Below, in pieces: positions 61,893 through 64,000 of a DNA stretch of 64,000 bases; the first letter of the stretch is position 1, and each line of letters starts with the position of its first letter. The stretch lies in NCBI GenBank assembly GCA_964016885.1, contig OZ024742.1, forward strand, positions 329,096,001 to 329,160,000, given 5' to 3'. The translations under genes and the position numbers were made by a program. The notes beneath the pieces are model-generated. The model had not been told where the DNA came from. It searched no databases and worked only from the letters and a program-made list of their open reading frames with translations. This stretch comes from Eledone cirrhosa (lineage: Eukaryota).

Positions 61893-64000
61893 TTTCTGAA
61901 TTTATTTAGCAAGATTCTTTATCTGAAAACGTGTGTTGAAACCGATATTGTTATACTCTGGGAGGGTCATGTTGCCAATTAGAAACACACGCACCAGAAA
62001 TTTCAATTCAATTAATTATAATAAATTTATAAATTTAGGAAATTATAAATTTCCGCTTGGTTGGTTGGTTCCACAACCAGATGATTGTTTATATATTGTC
62101 AAAGTTCTTTCGTCACACATTCTGTGAACTCTTCAGTGACTGGGGATTCTTTTCTTTGTATTTGTGCCTCTCATTTGTTCTGTCCTACGCCATCTTTTTT
62201 TTGTTTGTGCTGTGTGCTTAGTTTGCGCATGTGTTACATCCGGGTGTCTGTGTGTGTTTATATATGTTTATTTATTTGTTTGTTTACATGTTACTGGTTG
62301 TTTGTTTATTCTATGTGCGTGTGTGTTTTCATTTTGTCCTTAATTGTAAGTTGTGATGTTCCTGTTCCATTCCTGTTTTCTATTTAATTTTTGGTTGGAG
62401 TTCATTTATGTTTATTGCCTTTGTGATTTGTCTAAACATTGCGTCTTTCTGTGTGTAGATTCTATTTTCATTTCTATGTTCTCTAATTTACCCTTATGTT
62501 CTAGTTTAGCATGTTGGTAGAGTACAGATGATTCTTTACTATCTTGAAGATTTCGCCTCATCCGTTCCCCTATATTACGAGCTGTCTCACCTATGTACAC
62601 TATATTCTTATCTCTACATTGTCCTTCAGTACATCATATGCTATATACTACATTTCTAGTATTACAGTTAATATGGGGGCTTAATTTACAGATTATACAT
62701 TTCTTATCTATACAGGGAGTCTTTGAAAAGGGTATGTATTGCTAATAGGTGTTTTTTATGGAGGTACCTGGTATTTCTACTATCTTAATATTGAGTTTAT
62801 GTTTATCTAAAGCCCTCTTAAATTTGTAACCTAATTCACCTCTAGGTGTTGTATCGATAAACATTACACTCTGGTAGTTATTGCTATCATACTATGAGTT
62901 TATTTTATTAACCTTATTCCTAGTTCTTTCTATTCTATTCCAAAATTTGCTCCTATACAAGGGGCAGGTCCCATTTGTGTCATTATTTACCAATTTTTCC
63001 CATTTGGTTCTGGCTCATCTATATACTCTGATTTTATCTCCCTGATTGTAATCAGAGAACTGCATACGGTCGATGAAGTGTTGTATGTGTCTCTCTAGTT
63101 CTTTGGGGTTGCACATGCGGGACACGTTTCTCATCACCCGTACCAAATCCGCAATCAGTATGTTGATTTTGGTATGGTCCGAAACAGCTGAGATTCGGTG
63201 GATCACATATTTGGAAGTCATGGGTTTGGCATAATGGGAATGGAGGATTTATTGTTTGTTATTAATGGTATCTAACTAGAGCTCTGTGTTTAGTACAGGT
63301 AATCGATGGTTGGGGTGTTTACTTGGGTAGTCTATAGTAACTCTAATACTCTGGTGGATGGAGTTAGCTATTTGCTGGATGCTTCCCATGGCGTTTTTCT
63401 CTAATTCCTGACTGTTCTCTAGTGGGGGTGTTTTACTACGATGTTTATATCATCAACGTAGCGGGAGTATATTATCAGGGTTACGGGGTTGCTGTCTTCT
63501 AATTGTTATTTAAGTTTAAGTTTAAGTCTATTGTGCCACCATACCATGAATAGGTTAGCTATGTCACCTGCAATGCTAACATCAATGGCTGCTCCCTCCT
63601 CTTGGGCATATGTTTTTCCATTAAATTTGAACATATGTTCCTTAAGGGTTAATTTTATGCTGGCCCCCACCGCATGAGCAATCATTTTCTTTAGTACATC
63701 GTGGTTTTCTAGGGTCCGAATGGCCATTGAGGTAATGGTAGGTGGTCTGCCTCTTGCTGGTCTTGTAGGGCACAGTTTGCTAAGGCCATATGTATCTAGA
63801 TAATCATTACTATAGGTAAGTTTAAGTAGGAGTCCCAGCTCACTGATATCAATCCCACGGAATTCAACATTGCTCTCACTGATCATTTCTACGCATTTCT
63901 CCACAGTAAAATCCACGGTAATAGATGGATACAGTGATATAACATCCATACTACCTATTATGCAGTTTGTTAGGTCCCTAGATCGGTTACTCTCGCCGAT
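61891..64000 (-). mobile_element. Degraded PLE, Naiad-like, running off the window end
   Basis: GSMDVISLYPSI, CPTRPARGRPPTIT insertion, FKFNGKTYAQEEGAAI, YSRYVDD (~63450), YAKPMTSKYVI, CIDKKCIIC linker, YIGETARN..ER, SVLYQH..EH..MKI. Multiple stops and frameshifts. The 3' UTR carries an HHR and ends at (TA)n. Clade assignment is from recalled motifs only. Confidence 0.88.
62098..62140 (-). ncRNA. Minimal type I hammerhead in the 3' UTR of the Naiad-like PLE
   Basis: GTCA CTGAAGA GtTCACAgaatgTGTGAC GAAA GAAC TT^TGAC. Confidence 0.75.

Noticed and set aside
62630-63020. In-frame TGA codons as selenocysteine (known in some Naiad PLEs)
   Set aside because: The TGAs do not obviously replace Cys, and the copy also has TAA/TAG stops and frameshifts; no SECIS was identified.

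Overview
AT-rich, microsatellite-saturated animal DNA. The SINE families and (TA)n load look like an octopod cephalopod (inference). The only host-gene sequence is the last coding exon of a heparan-sulfate 3-O-sulfotransferase (23714-24332, +); everything upstream is probably its intron. Almost all entries in the ORF track are microsatellite artefacts. The rest of the window holds three Penelope-like retroelement (PLE) coding remnants, two SINE families and Helitron-like ends. The main signal, read by eye, is roughly 20 type-I hammerhead ribozyme (HHR) motifs (stem I-CUGANGA-stem II-GAAA-stem III-NUH) from at least ten different sequence families. Most sit in small foldback insertions embedded in (TA)n tracts, often with a hammerhead on each strand. 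One family is a ~430-445 bp non-coding, partly tandem, HHR-bearing repeat that looks like a retrozyme. Together they suggest a (TA)n-targeting PLE/retrozyme system. All structures were paired manually; no folding or database search was run, and repeat boundaries are approximate.
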